A stretch of 63,327 nucleotides of DNA, filler included, from Catajapyx aquilonaris (GCA_000934665.2; 4 parts of 4 records of this genome joined end to end with filler, not necessarily neighbours in it), one strand, 5' to 3'; counted from the whole stretch's first letter, positions 35,669 through 48,434 are shown. Translations and numbers: made by a program. The notes: a model not told the origin generated them from the sequence alone.

Positions 35669-38600
35669 ATGACTGAAATGAATGTGTGCAAGATTCCTGG
35701 AACATTCTGGATGCGATATGGGGCCACTCTATTTAAGATTGTCGTGACCTGGGAACCTAAGGATGTTGAGTGAGTTGATTTTCCTTGGAACATTGTGCAT
35801 GGCAGTGATAACAATGCTGTAAATTTGCAGGAAGGTGTTTAAAATGGACTACTGGGAATCCGAATTGCTTCCAGCTTTTGGATGTATTTTGAAGAATCCA
35901 GCATTATTATGTCCAGAAGTAACAAAGAACTTATTTGTCCAGCCAAGTATCCTTTCACGTAACTGTTACATGGGTATATGTTGCCTCTCCCACATTTGTT
36001 TCTTTAATTGGTGCAAAGCACTGGATGAAGATTGGCCTGAGGAAGACCAGTCTGCTGCATTCCTCCACTTCAACCAGGATGTTGTGCAGTTACGCTCATT
36101 TCCACGTGTTTTGATGATGAGAGTTGTGCCTCTAAATGATGTCAATGGTATAACTGATGGTAATTGAAAGTAATTTGTTACCTTCATTAATGTTCATTAG
36201 TGCAAAAATTATTCTTAAGATGCATTGGGAAGGGTGTGTTGCAGGATATTTTTTGTCTTGAACTGCTGCAATTTTTAGTGCTGGTTGTTCCTACCATATT
36301 GCATGGCCTGCCTGATATGCCTGCCCAAGGGGCAGCACTCAGCCCATCAGTGTTCGAAATTGGGATACATAGGCAGGTCGCCAGTGGCACCTGATATGTA
36401 TAGCATGGTCGCCAAAACTGTATGTCTAGTCGCCATGATTTTATTTTATTATATATCATTACTGTTCCATAGCACAAAATCGCCTATAGTTATAGTGTAC
36501 AGCGTTAATATGCTTCACAATTCAGAAGCATATTTTACTATTTTACCAACTGCTTCTTTTTAGACACGGAACTGGCAATTATAGCCTACACAAATCACAT
36601 CAATGATGGATTCACTTTGTTCCTCGGTGTTGATTTTATGCTGGCAGACTCCTCTTCTTCCTCGTCAGCTGGTTTGCTGACTTTGGCAATGCTACTGCCC
36701 ACAAAAAAATCCGAAATCTTGCGTTTTGCCATTTTCCTCGGGAGAGCACTTCTCGAGGACGATCCGGCTCTCTTGCCTACTGCGACTCGAAATCAGTCGA
36801 TATACTATCTAAGACTATTTCGAAACCTCTCTCTCTCCCCCATCACCCCCCCCCCCCTCCCCCTCAACCCTGAAGGCCTCAATGCACTCACAACTTATAC
36901 CGGTCATCGACCTTGGACCTTCTTCACCACACCTTCCCTGTTCCCTCCACCCTCCTCCTAATTAGGTCCATCCTGCCCCGCTTTCCCCTCCTCCACATCT
37001 GGCTGCGACCCCGCGTAGCCGAGTCCTTCCTGCTCTCCTGCAACCTTATTTACCCCAACTTGGAACTTGAACTTGACCCCCGGAGTGAGGACCCCAATAA
37101 ATACCAGGCGCGCTTCATGATAATGAGCCACCAACAGAATCAGCACTGCAGGAACGAAATTGAAAATACGAGGCAGAAATACAGTATTGGGAGGGAAAGC
37201 TAGTCGCCAAAGTGGCGAGTAGCCATCTTTATACAGTCGCCAATGGATAACCTAAAGTCGCGAAATGCGACTGGCGACCGGTTAATTTCGAACCCTGCAG
37301 CCCATCCCCCTAAGTACTGACATGTGCATAATTTTTACAACTAAAAATAGTCTTGTTGAATTAAATTTAAGGTTGGGAACCACTGTTGTATAGGGACATC
37401 TTAGGTGGGACCTACAGGGAGCCTGCTAATGACCTCTGAAGGTAATAGGGGGAGTAGTAGACTACAATAATCTTGTCTCCAGGAACTCAAGGTTATTGCA
37501 TTAAATTATCTATTAATCTTTATTACCTATTCATGGTTCAAACTCTACACCTTGAAGGTTGTCATCTGGAGTTTCCCCCAGCTGCACTTCAACATTCTTT
37601 GGGTCAATGTAAGGAAGGTTTCTCTCACAGCAGTCTTCTATGGTATTGAGTAGCCTCTTCGATGAATAGCAATTAGCATGCTCCCTGTAGGTCCTCCTCG
37701 AAATGTCCCTATCCAACATTCATCAGGAGGGTCTGGCCTACAACATATCCAATTTTCAGGCAAATCGAACGGAAGGCCACTCGCCCATACATTTCGTGCC
37801 TTGTCCTTTTCAAAATTTAGGAGGGTAAGAAGAGTTAGTTTGGTTGTCAGAAGTACGGAAGCCCTGAAGGGCAAAGATCAATTTATTATTCCAAACATCA
37901 GTTTATAATAGTGGGCGTCAATATACAGTAAATTAAGGATATTTAAGGAGGAAAGGCCTGGCGCAGCTAATCGCTCTCCTAGTCCAATCAGGACTCGAAA
38001 CCGTCTTGAGACATTAAAACGTGCTGGCCCTGGCGTCAATATACAGGGTTTGGATATTTAATCTACCTTCACTTTGGGGGATGGTAGAAGGGTTCTAGAA
38101 GATCACTAAGTTTGGGTATCGTGGGTCTCCAAAGCATAGTTACCGAGATAACGCCAGCAGAAAGTGACAGTGCAAGTCCTTCAGATATTATTGCATCAGA
38201 AGCTAGCTGGAACCGAGGTTTGTTGGAGGATTCAGATGGCAAAAGAAAGACCCATTCTTTCTCTCTCTCCCTCTCCCTCTCTCCCTCTCTCCCCCCATTT
38301 CTCGAAGTGATGCAGTTATTTGCCTGGTGCAAGTGCAACCATCTCATTAAATGTTGGAAGAAAATATTTTACGAATATGTTTTTTTTACCCTATAAAAAT
38401 GCCTCTTGGCTCAAATGTGCGTGTGGGGGTGCGGGGTGTCACAGGTTACTTGGCTTTTATAAAAGGGGGACGCGATTCGAGAAAGGTTGGGAACCACTGG
38501 TCGAGTAGCATATTTCTCGGATGGACGGGAAAAAGAGCATGAGTAAAAAAGAAAAAGAAAAAAAAGTTTTTGATTTGTGATTTTCCCCCCCAAATCCAAG

Positions 38601-41600
38601 TATTATCCGTGAGATGGATTAATAGAGGTGAATGTTCGGGTTTGGGGGGGGGGGGGGGGGGGNGGGGGGGGGGGGGGGGGAGGCGCATAAGTCAAAATAT
38701 AATTTTTTTTGGCTTATGCTTGTTTTCCCCTGCATCCGAGATTTATCCATCACATGTTAATTTTTCAATGGGTCTAGTCCAAAAAAATGATCTAAAAGTA
38801 AACAAAATACAGTAAAACTTCTATAAGTCGAATCTCCATGGGACCGGGAAAAAACTTCGAGTTATAGAAGATTCGAGTTAGAGAAGTTTGGCGTTTTTTA
38901 AGCACAAAACTATATAAGGAAGCCTACCTGTATATCCAGCGACGAAAGAGGGGGGAGGCGGGGGAGAAGGAGTTGAGTGTGGGCAGCCGAGTAGGGCGGA
39001 CGCACCATGCGTCCACCCTACTCGTCGCCAGCAAGTGGTGCCAATCGCACCGCACCGCAAGGTGCCAATATCCCGGCGGGGAAGAGCAAGGCGGGGCCCT
39101 ACAATTCTGTCACACACTGTGGTGGAGAATACTGACTGCACTGAAATTTTGAACACAACAGCTTCCACGACCAACATCTGCACCCAAACCAATGACGCAT
39201 ACGGCATAACATACTGTTTCATTTAAGACGGCCAGGAAAGCGAGGATTACACGTGGCGAGTTACTCGGTGCAGTTGGGGGTTACACATGCGCAGTCGCCT
39301 ACTTTTCCGAGAGGTGCCCTGTGAATCAGTGGCCAGCTGATTCGGGAGGCAAGTGAGCATGCTCTCAGCCGAGTACCTCGTCTCATGTAAACCCTGCATC
39401 AAACGGAAATTCAACCGCACATGGGAATGTCTGTGTGGACCCGTATGGGACCCGATGTGAATGGCATGAGCCATTGTTAGACCGAGATCAGGAAAGAGCC
39501 TTTCCATACATGTGGCCTACTCTCGACCGTGGGAAATGGAAAAAAAAAAATGCTCGCCAACCTGAACTTCGACTTAGGGAGACTGAAAATGCATTAATAT
39601 CCTTCCCTAAGGCCCTTCCAGAACTTCGAGTTATGGAGAACTTCGAGTTATAGAAATTCGAGTTAGGGAAGTTTATTTCCTATTATTTTACATTGTGACC
39701 AACCAAGCTTGTCATTTTACTCGACTTATAGAGAACTTCGACTTAGGGAAGTTCGACTTATAGAAGTTTTACTGTACGTATGTAATTGATCCATTGAGTG
39801 CCAAAAATACTAAAAATGAATTTAATTGAGAGTGCAGTAATAGTGAAACACCGTAAAATGAAGTGCTGTAAAGCAAAGTATGCTTGTAGTCCTGTTAGAA
39901 AATAAATGTTTACTTTCAGTTATAAAATTTTAAATGGTATATCAAAAGTTGAAATGTCCCATCAATTTATACAGGGGGGCCCTAAAGTCTGGACACATGT
40001 AATTGTATTGTTGGTTGCCAGTTGTCACCAACAATACAATTAAATATGTGTCCAAACTTCAGGGCCACCTTGTAGTTTTGCTCATTTGTAAGAATATACC
40101 TTAATACTCCTGTGACCATATTCACACAATATTACAGGTGTGTAATTATTTTTTTTTGCAGATGTTGCCATAAAAAAGATAGTGAAACATCTCCAGTCTG
40201 AGGATTGTCAAATTATTGGAGGGACTGACCATGACTATTCTCGCTTCTGCCCAGAGTCAGAGAGTTCTGTGCCTAACTTTGACCGCTCTTGTGTTGTTTA
40301 TGCCAGTCCAGTTCCCAGTCCCATTGACAAAAATTGGATTGAGGAAGAAGATTTGAGGCTGAAATTGGAACTCAGCAGTGGGGAAGACAGTTGTCCAGAA
40401 AGACCCAATGATGATGCAAAACTCCAGCCCCCTTCACATCAGGTCTGTAGATTGTGTTAAGGGTGACTATGTTTTGTTTGGATATTTGCTATTATAATAA
40501 TTGGTTACTGCTTACTGCAAGATTCTGCACATACAGTACCCTGCATTAATGGCCATGCACACACATCGTCACCTGTCCAAGAACGAGCGGAATTAGGCGT
40601 CGGTGGGCTGCGTCCAAATACTTGGACAGCTCAAGATATTGCGGTTGATTCAAACACTAGCTACAAAGATGGATCACAATGGATCACAGATGTATCTGTG
40701 GGATGAATTATAAGGTCATTGCGATTCCTATCAATGTATTGAGGTTGTGAACCAGTTATTACGCGGACCACGCGAATGCCTGTTAATCCACCGCGATATC
40801 TTAAACCGTCTAGAGCGGTCTCGTGAGCAGTCTTGGTGATCAAAGTATTTTGGACACAGCCCACCCACGCCTAGTTCCGCTCAATCCCGACAGGTGGCAA
40901 TGTCTGTGCATGGCCATTAATGCAGGGTACTGTACCTTTAGTGTTTGGTCAGTGATACATAGAATTCTTTGTTATGCCTGGGCATATGAGCAGGGAAGCA
41001 CGACTGGTAGGGGAGGTATAGCATATAGGTGTACTTTCCATGCCTCAAATTAGTCAATTTGCGTCTTCCTCTGGTTGGTTACTTTCTTGCAATCCCTCCC
41101 GAGCAGGGATGGAAAAAGAACCGCTTCTTGGAAGGAAGCGGTTCTTTTTTCCATGTTCAGGGTTGGAAAAAAGAACCGCTTCCTTCCAAGAAGCGGTTCT
41201 TTTTCCATCCCTGCTCCCGAGGCAATGCTGAAGATGACCTAAATGCATACGAGATGAAAGTTGGGAAGATCTCGGCCTGGAATCAAACCGGGTACCATTC
41301 CATCCATGGTGCATATGTTACTGCAATACCAGTTGTTTTCTCTAATTGATAGATTACTCTAACTGGACTGACATGCCTCCAGCCAGACCTGATTGTGGGG
41401 GTGGAAGGGCACAAGGAGCAGAGGCAGGGGACGTAATGTTGTGCATGGTATGGATAGCCAACACTCCCCACTTCCACCTCTGCGCCCGATACCCCTCCTC
41501 TCCCACAATCAAGTCTTGCTGGGGGCATGCCAGTTTAGCAGCATGTTAGGCCAGCTACAAGTCCTGCATCAAAAGTTTCTTCCCACCCATGAAATCTACA

Positions 41601-44600
41601 GGTAGGGTGATGGAAAAAAATTGTCTGTAGTATTGAACACGGAAGGGAGCCAGCCAAGTGGAGGGCACATGTAATTGTCGATTTATCTCTTCACTGAACC
41701 TCATTTCATTTTGTCACTGAACAAGGGAGTTAATGGAAAACGAAGTTGTACATGTACCGTCAAATATTTCCTCTCACTGTGTAGGTCCAGTCAAAAGTTT
41801 TCACATATCCTATAAACATGTGTGAAGCACACAAGGACAGAATGGGGTCCTAGCCTACATTTTGAAAACCCATGTAAAAAATTGTCGTAATTTTTAAATG
41901 AATTACCTTGTTTTTTGTTTGAAAAAATAGGTATTAGTTTTCGAGTTGTGATTGATCAATGCTGATCATATTAATATACCGTATCGTACTGCCCTCTGAC
42001 GTCACACAGAAAAAATACTAGTGGTCCAGAGGCGGGAACTAGAGAGCTTTAAAGAAAAGCGTTGCCAACTTGTTATGTAAGGTCGTCTCTGGTTGAATTC
42101 AGTGTAATATTAATAGCTAATGCATGTGACAGCCATTAAAAGTACTGGTAACTATGCAAAAGGAAGCAGCTTAGCGCTAACAGGTTGCCATATCAGTCAG
42201 CCAAGGCTTTTGGGTCACTCTTTATTTGGCACCCATTCCCTTTGCCACCACACATCTGTTGATCAGGTATAATCAGTCTTCTCCACAAAATGCTCCTTGC
42301 CCCTTCACATCTGATTTATTTCTGAACCCGAGATTTGTGATATGGATTTGATGGTGTTGTGAGATTCCCTAATTCTCTCTTTAAGGAAAAGGGCCACAAA
42401 CTTATACAGGATGGTTTACTTTGGGGGATGGTAGAGAGGTTCGAGGCGATCACTTTATGTGGCACACAGCATAATTATCGAGACACTGGACTAGTTATCA
42501 CGTAGTATAGCATATCCTGGGAGGTTTGCCTCCAACCACATCTGAAATGTCTTTCCTGCTTACATCTCGTCAAGGTCACTAACTCCTAATCACTGGCCCA
42601 TCATTTATGGTGTCAGTCAGCTGTGCCCTGAATTTGACACCAGAAGTGAGTATCAAAAAATGTAGCTTGGCACAGCTCATTGATACACCGTAAATGATGG
42701 GCCAGTGATTCCGAGTTGGTGTCCTTGATCAGATGAAAGACCTTTCAGAGGCGCCCTGTGTGTGGTTGGATGCAAACCTTCCAGGACATGTTATACTACA
42801 TGATAAAATGCCCATTATCTTGGGGCAATTCCTGTTGTAACGTACAACCAATTCTTATGCTATCTCCGTGGTTCTATATTCAGGAAGGGTGTATTATGAA
42901 ATGGATATGTGATCTAAGCACTGCATTGAGCGCACACCATGAAAAACTTTCAAAAGCACTCATTGGAAGTCGTGTAGTCTCATTTAAGCTATCGTTGGGC
43001 ATGCGAAATGGAATGGTCACATACGGAAGCGGAAGGAATGAAAGGTTCTGCAGAAGAATATGCGTTCTGACAAGTCTGCGAATTGTGACCAGCAACTGTG
43101 AGTTCTCAAATATTATGTTGAATTAGAATGTCCAAGAATGCACCTTGTGCCAAATTTCTCCCATATGAAGCAGATGTACTATGGGGCTCAAATTGTTTTG
43201 GCCACTTTATCCTGGTCTTGAAGCAACCCTTCGCACAGGCCTCGCGGTGAGGAGGTGTGTGTGTGTGAAGGGTTGCTTCAAGACCAGGATAAAGTGGGCA
43301 AAACAATTTGAGCCCCATAGTACAATTGGTTTCGTCGCCTATATTTCTTGTAACATATGGACAAACTTTGTCACATACGGACATGTATGATTCTCCGCAG
43401 GGTTTTTGGCAATAAGACAGCAGCGGGTAATCTCTGACACCACGTATATTTTTCAAAAAAAGAGGAACTTGAGCATGCAATGTCATGAAGCTTGACAAAA
43501 TAACGTCAAGAAAGGAACATCATGAAAACAAAAATTAGACATCTTTTGAAGAGAACAAGACTATAAGTTTGTCCATAGAATTACAATCACAGTCTAGGCA
43601 TCATAGAATGAGAGATTGTATGGGACTTTTCACTTGCGGAGGATGGCTTCTCTCCAGACACTATTATTTTGTAGACTCCTCAGCAACTAGGACCTTGTAG
43701 GGTCTGGCTGTCTTCACGGCGTGAGTGCGCAGGGTGTTTTTCACCGCAAGAACGCCATCCCAGTGGTCTTTCAGCTGCTGAGTGTGCTCTGTTATTTCAT
43801 TGTTCATTGGAAGGCACATACAATATCGTTATGTGCTTTCAAGCAGCAGTCTGGATGACTTTACCTTCCAGTGCTCATTTCCACACAGCAGCCTTCATGG
43901 TGCCCCAGATACCATCCACAATGCCCTTTTCATAGCTAGTCGCAAAATAATGCCACTGGATATCGATGCCATAGCGCTGCTGCAGTACATCCAGAATGGC
44001 AAAAAGAACCGAAATTTGAATTCAGCACCGGCGCAGTCTGAAAATATGTGAAGCTCTTCCACCTTATAAACACCTCATCCCTCACTGCCTGCTACAATGC
44101 GTATGAGCAAGCATACATCACATCAAGTCAGAATATGATCTGACTGCTTGTGGCAACTCCCACCAAGCTCACACTGCGTGTGTGCTAGTGTACGTTACAG
44201 TGTTTATTTGTTTCACGTCACCATTTATTTGAACTAGTGGTTCTTGTGTGTGCAGTGAAACAAAACATGCAGGTCTTACTTTGCATTCGTATTTTCATCC
44301 AGATCCTGCAGTACTGGTAACTGCTGGTGGTGCTGGTAACTGTTTCATGTTTAAGGTAACGTACGGATGCAGTGGCTCCAGGAGGCCGCAGAATGCGATT
44401 TCTCTGCCACAGCAAGTCATTTTCTGACTTATGTTGGATAGAACTACTCTGCTTACATCACGCTTCTTAGACGATATCCTGCACCCTGTGAATGGTTCTG
44501 CAAGCATCGAAATAGTGCCTCCGAAAAATGTCCCGTAGTCGCCTGTCAAACTTCCATGTCTCCGGGGGTGAATTGTTGTGGCCAATATTTCCCTCATGTA

Positions 44601-47600
44601 AATGCACGCATACTTCAAATATATGAAAACACACCCCAGGGACATGGCCGAACACAATCCAACACGAAAAAACTGCATATGTGATACTTTGTTTAACAGT
44701 CTGGTGGTTTCACTGACAACAGGAATTGCCCCTTGGTACATATGCTGCAGATACCAATGATACTTAGACTTAAAGGAATCGCCTAGAACCCGACTATTTT
44801 CTCCCAAAGTAGAGGTGCATTATATTTCCACTTCCTCTGTAATTCCCCTTGCACATAAAATGTCACAAAATCAAAACTTCAAGGTTATAGTGTTTGTTTT
44901 GTCGTTCATAGTATGATATCAAAAGACTCAAATATATTACTAGAGGTTCTAGCCTTACATTTCTTCAGGACTTGGAACCAGCAGCCCTACCCCAATGGAA
45001 TTTTGTGGGGAAGCAAGAAAAGTTGTTACATACGAACAATGAAGAAACATACCACGTGGAGTCCAGTCAACAACTGCCTATGGCAGGCATGCATAATGTA
45101 AAGCAGGAGCCAGAGGAGACTGAGAATCTGCAGTGCATGGTGGAAGAAGTTCAGTGTGAGGTATATAAATTTATTTTCATATCAATTGAGTAATTTGGGT
45201 AGTTACAACTTCAGAATCTTCGGTGTCATAACACGGACGAGTTTATTGTATAGGGTGTGTCGTAAGGTAGTATGGTGGTATAGTTGTTTGCACCATGGCC
45301 GGGAAGGCCATGGTGCAAACAACCATACCACCATGAGTCCTGAGTTTGACCCATGGTTTAGAGACTTAAGACAGGATTTTCTCATGCAGAAATAATTATG
45401 ATTGGTTCTGTCCGTGTAATCATGGGTTTTCTCGAGTTCTCAGTTTTCTCCCACAATAAAATCTCTCACTAGTGATTCAAATTGCTCATATAAAAGGCCA
45501 CAAGGCTTAACATGGGGCAACATTATTATAGGGTTTTCTGTAGTGATGCTGACAAACCTACAAGATTGCATTCCTGGATCATATTAAGTAGTTATGCCAT
45601 TTGGTTACAACAGGTTATTTAAGCAAGTCCCTCTCAGATCATGATTCTGTATCCTATTCCAACACATGCTTGTGCGATTTTGTTGCTGGTAAGCAAGTTT
45701 TCAGGAGAATGTCAAGAATGGCTGGAAATTAACACTTTGTCTCCCGCGACCCGATTTGGTTGTATTGGTGTATGGTATATCTTTTTAAACCCTCACCCGA
45801 ACAGTGCAAAATTGAGTGGGAGACAAAGGGTTAGATACAAAAAATATTGCATACACCATGGAGCTATCTTGGATCAAGTGACAATGTCAGTCTGCATTTT
45901 GTTGACTTTGGTGCAGGCTGTGAATAAATCAATAAAAATGAGGACTTGAATTTTTGTAACTGTACTTTTTTAAAAATTTTATGCTCACTGATGATATTGA
46001 CGAAGACCCCACCTAACCTGGACTAACCATAGTAATGAACTTCACTAAATCCCTGGCTACTTAGCAGCAGTACATTATTTAATAATGTCATCTTTTTTTT
46101 TTTAACAGCCTACAGTGCAAGAAGAGAAAAAAAGGCGGCGCTCTTTGCGCTTAGTCGCCATGTGGAAAGACTCCAACTACTTCCCGACTCCTGCCCCTAC
46201 AGACCAGAATGCAACCTTGCCTCATCCATCAGAAGTTTCCCTCCAATGTAGCAGGTCTTCTTCCTTTTCATCAACATCCTCTCATCATCCACCAACCCCA
46301 GGCGAAAATGATGGTCCTAGGCTTCTGGACGAAGTGAAGGAGGAGGTGGAACAGGAGATGATCAAGGAAGTTCTTCTTCTGGAGGAACAGCATTCTCGTG
46401 GCAAGGCCAATAGGTCAGGTGTAGGATTTCGCAAGTGTCAGGCATTTCGTGATGTGACTTCAGCGGATGCAAGAAGAATATTGGGTGACAGGGATCAAAA
46501 AGCGATGGTGGATCTGCTTCAGCAGCTGGCTAACAAACCTGTAGTCTCACTTAAAAGGGTGCATAAAAGCTATTTCGATTCGGAGGAGGATGTGGAAGTG
46601 GATGGGGATGCGGATGTGGATGTGGATGGGATTGTGGATGTGGATGACAGTGACATCAGATCCATGCCTAAACACGCCAGGAAGGAGGTGCTGGAAGATC
46701 ACAGACAAAGCCAAGCTGTGTGAGTATACTCATGGGTGGTGTTGAGAGTCTCAATCATTGGTAATAATGCAGGAAATATGGCATTTCTGACTAGTTTCAG
46801 CTGATTTGTGCTGATTTGACCTAGATTTTATAATGGATGCTTTGAATTAATTAGACAATTTTGCAGAATTATGCAACCAAAAATCAAATTCACTGACAAC
46901 GAAAACTAAGCTAAGCACAACTTTTTTCTGTGGTGAGTTTTAATACTTGGATTTGAATCAAATCTCTATGAAATGTGGTTACAGTACCCTGCATTAATGG
47001 CTATGCACAGACATCGCCACCTTGGCGGGAATGAGTGGAACTTGGCGTGTGCGGGCTGTGTCCAAAATACTTGGGCAACTCAAGACTGCTCACAAGACTG
47101 CTCTAGACTGCTCAAGATATCGCGGTGGATTCAAACGCTTGCCACAAAGATGGATCATACATATATCATATGTATCTATCTATGCCCTATGGGATGGATT
47201 ATAAAACCAATGTTGCGATTCCTCTAAATGCACTGAAGTTGTGAATCAGTTATTACACAGAGCACGCTAATGCTTATTAGTATTATTATTGTCTTCTGTA
47301 AATGTGCTGCTGTGAAGGGGACTTTTTAGAGTGTGTGTAAACAGCATCACTCTTCTCTCATCATTTAATGCAGGGGTATTCAATTGGCGGACCGCGGTCC
47401 GGATCCGGACCGCGACGCAATTTTTTCCAGACTCCAACGATATACAGGACAGTTTGAAATAGCATTAGAAATTACTAATTCATGATTTTGGGGGNNNNNN
47501 NNNNNNNNNNNNNNNNNNNNNNNNNNNNNNNNNNNNNNTTAATTAATTAANNNNNNNNNNNNNNNNNNNNNNNNNNNNNNNNNNNNNNNNNNNNGGGCCG

Positions 47601-48434
47601 AAAATAACAGGTCAATAGCTGCTTAAATAACAGCTACAAACCAGATCATTAACAGTTATCCCAATATGCACACCGATCGGTTACATCTACCTAATATTGT
47701 TCTTTACTTTCAGAGGGATTTACACCCAATGACCCAGACAACCTTGAAAGACCGTTTCAAATGTGGCACCTGCAATAAGACTTTCAACGTTACCTCTGCT
47801 CTGAAAGAATGCATCAAGTCCCATGCTGTGGTGGTTAAAGAAGAGCAGGGCATGATGAAGGAATCTCAGCTGGAACAAGTCAGCACTTTTGCCCCAAAGG
47901 AAGCGATACATGGAAGACTTGCTCATATGACCAATGCGGGAAGAAAAGGGGAGAAAAAAGTGGAGAAGGGAGCTGCAACAGATAATTTTCAGCAGTTGGT
48001 CCATTCAGCAAATGGTAAGGTTAATCCAGGAGGGAATAAATGCAGATTGTGTGGTGCCAGCTTCACAGATAAACCATCTCAAACAGTTCACATGAAAGAT
48101 ATTCACCTTGGGTTAAAACCTTACCAGTGTGAGGAATGCGGGATGGCTTTCAGATTAGTCCACACAGGTGAGAGGCCATTCAGTTGTCACGAGTGCCATA
48201 ACCGTTTTGGAAGAAATGGGATAGATTTCTGAACATTGCCTATGACTTGATTGACTATGCATATGACAATACATTCAGGAGAACAGCCATTTTCTTGCAA
48301 ATTCTGCAATACGAGCTTCCACCATCAAAATAGGCAGTCCGCCATGATGATGCAAATTTGCAGCCTCGTGAGTTTGTATCGTAATGTGGACGAACTTGTG
48401 AAACTGCACCTATCCAATTGCCACAAAACCTGCT
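35669..48434 (+). CDS. Multi-exon gene: unassigned N-terminal domain, acidic low-complexity linker and degenerate C2H2 zinc-finger array; exons 35669-35769, 35831-35946, 36019-36147 (or 36159), 40162-40442, 44969-45160, 46109-46717, 47714-48232+
   Basis: Six exons splice with GT-AG and consistent phases (2,1,1,0,0,0) into one open frame. The last exon has CxxC...H fingers and TGERPFSC / SGEQPFSC linkers, but also a deletion in finger 3 and stops in finger 4. The last junction crosses an assembly gap. Confidence 0.65.
36348..37297 (-). mobile_element. Non-autonomous hAT element (950 bp), copy 1
   Basis: CAGCCCAT|CAGTGTTCGAAATT ... AATTTCGAACCCTG|CAGCCCAT; subterminal GTCGCCA/TGGCGAC repeats; near-identical to 51023-52344 in the opposite orientation. 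Confidence 0.9.
38810..39774. mobile_element. pogo/Tigger-like non-autonomous element
   Basis: TA|CAGTAAAACTTCTATAAGTCGAA ... TTCGACTTATAGAAGTTTTACTG|TA with repeated subterminal TTCGAGTTA/TTCGACTTA motifs. Confidence 0.85.
39972..40072. mobile_element. Small TA-flanked hairpin MITE
   Basis: TA|CAGGGGGGCCCTAAAGTCTGGACACAT ... ATGTGTCCAAACTTCAGGGCCACCTTG|TA. Confidence 0.7.
40534..40932. mobile_element. TA-flanked MITE with long imperfect TIRs (related copy about 46982-47378)
   Basis: TA|CAGTACCCTGCATTAATGGCCATGCACA ... TGTGCATGGCCATTAATGCAGGGTACTG|TA. Confidence 0.85.
41104..41213. mobile_element. hAT MITE (110 bp), same family as 30411-30521
   Basis: CTCCCGAG|CAGGGATGGAAAAAGAACCGCTTCTTGGAAGG ... 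TTCCATCCCTG|CTCCCGAG. Confidence 0.9.
42880..44860 (-). mobile_element. Highly decayed DNA transposase remnant (Sola2-like, tentative)
   Basis: Minus-strand fragments QDLDEN (DFAENY-like, about 44290), HIFSDCAGAEFKFRFF (FSDG..QFKN-like, about 44040) and a degenerate HGKG-like segment; many stops. Boundaries approximate. Confidence 0.45.
43179..43320. mobile_element. TA-flanked hairpin MITE
   Basis: TA|CTATGGGGCTCAAATTGTTTTGGCCACTTTATCCTGGTCTTGAAGCAACCCTTC ... GAAGGGTTGCTTCAAGACCAGGATAAAGTGGGCAAAACAATTTGAGCCCCATAG|TA. Confidence 0.9.
47495..47594. other. Artificial assembly linker
   Basis: 44N-TTAATTAATTAA-44N. Confidence 0.95.

Noticed and set aside
36617..36961. Duplicated ORF (also 51312-51722) as a host gene pair
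   Set aside because: Both lie inside TSD-flanked hAT elements, antisense to the transposase-like start.
38010..38150. Gypsy integrase C-terminal remnant (TLGDGRRV..DH; similar at about 42415-42480)
   Set aside because: Too short and stop-ridden to support as a feature without a profile search.
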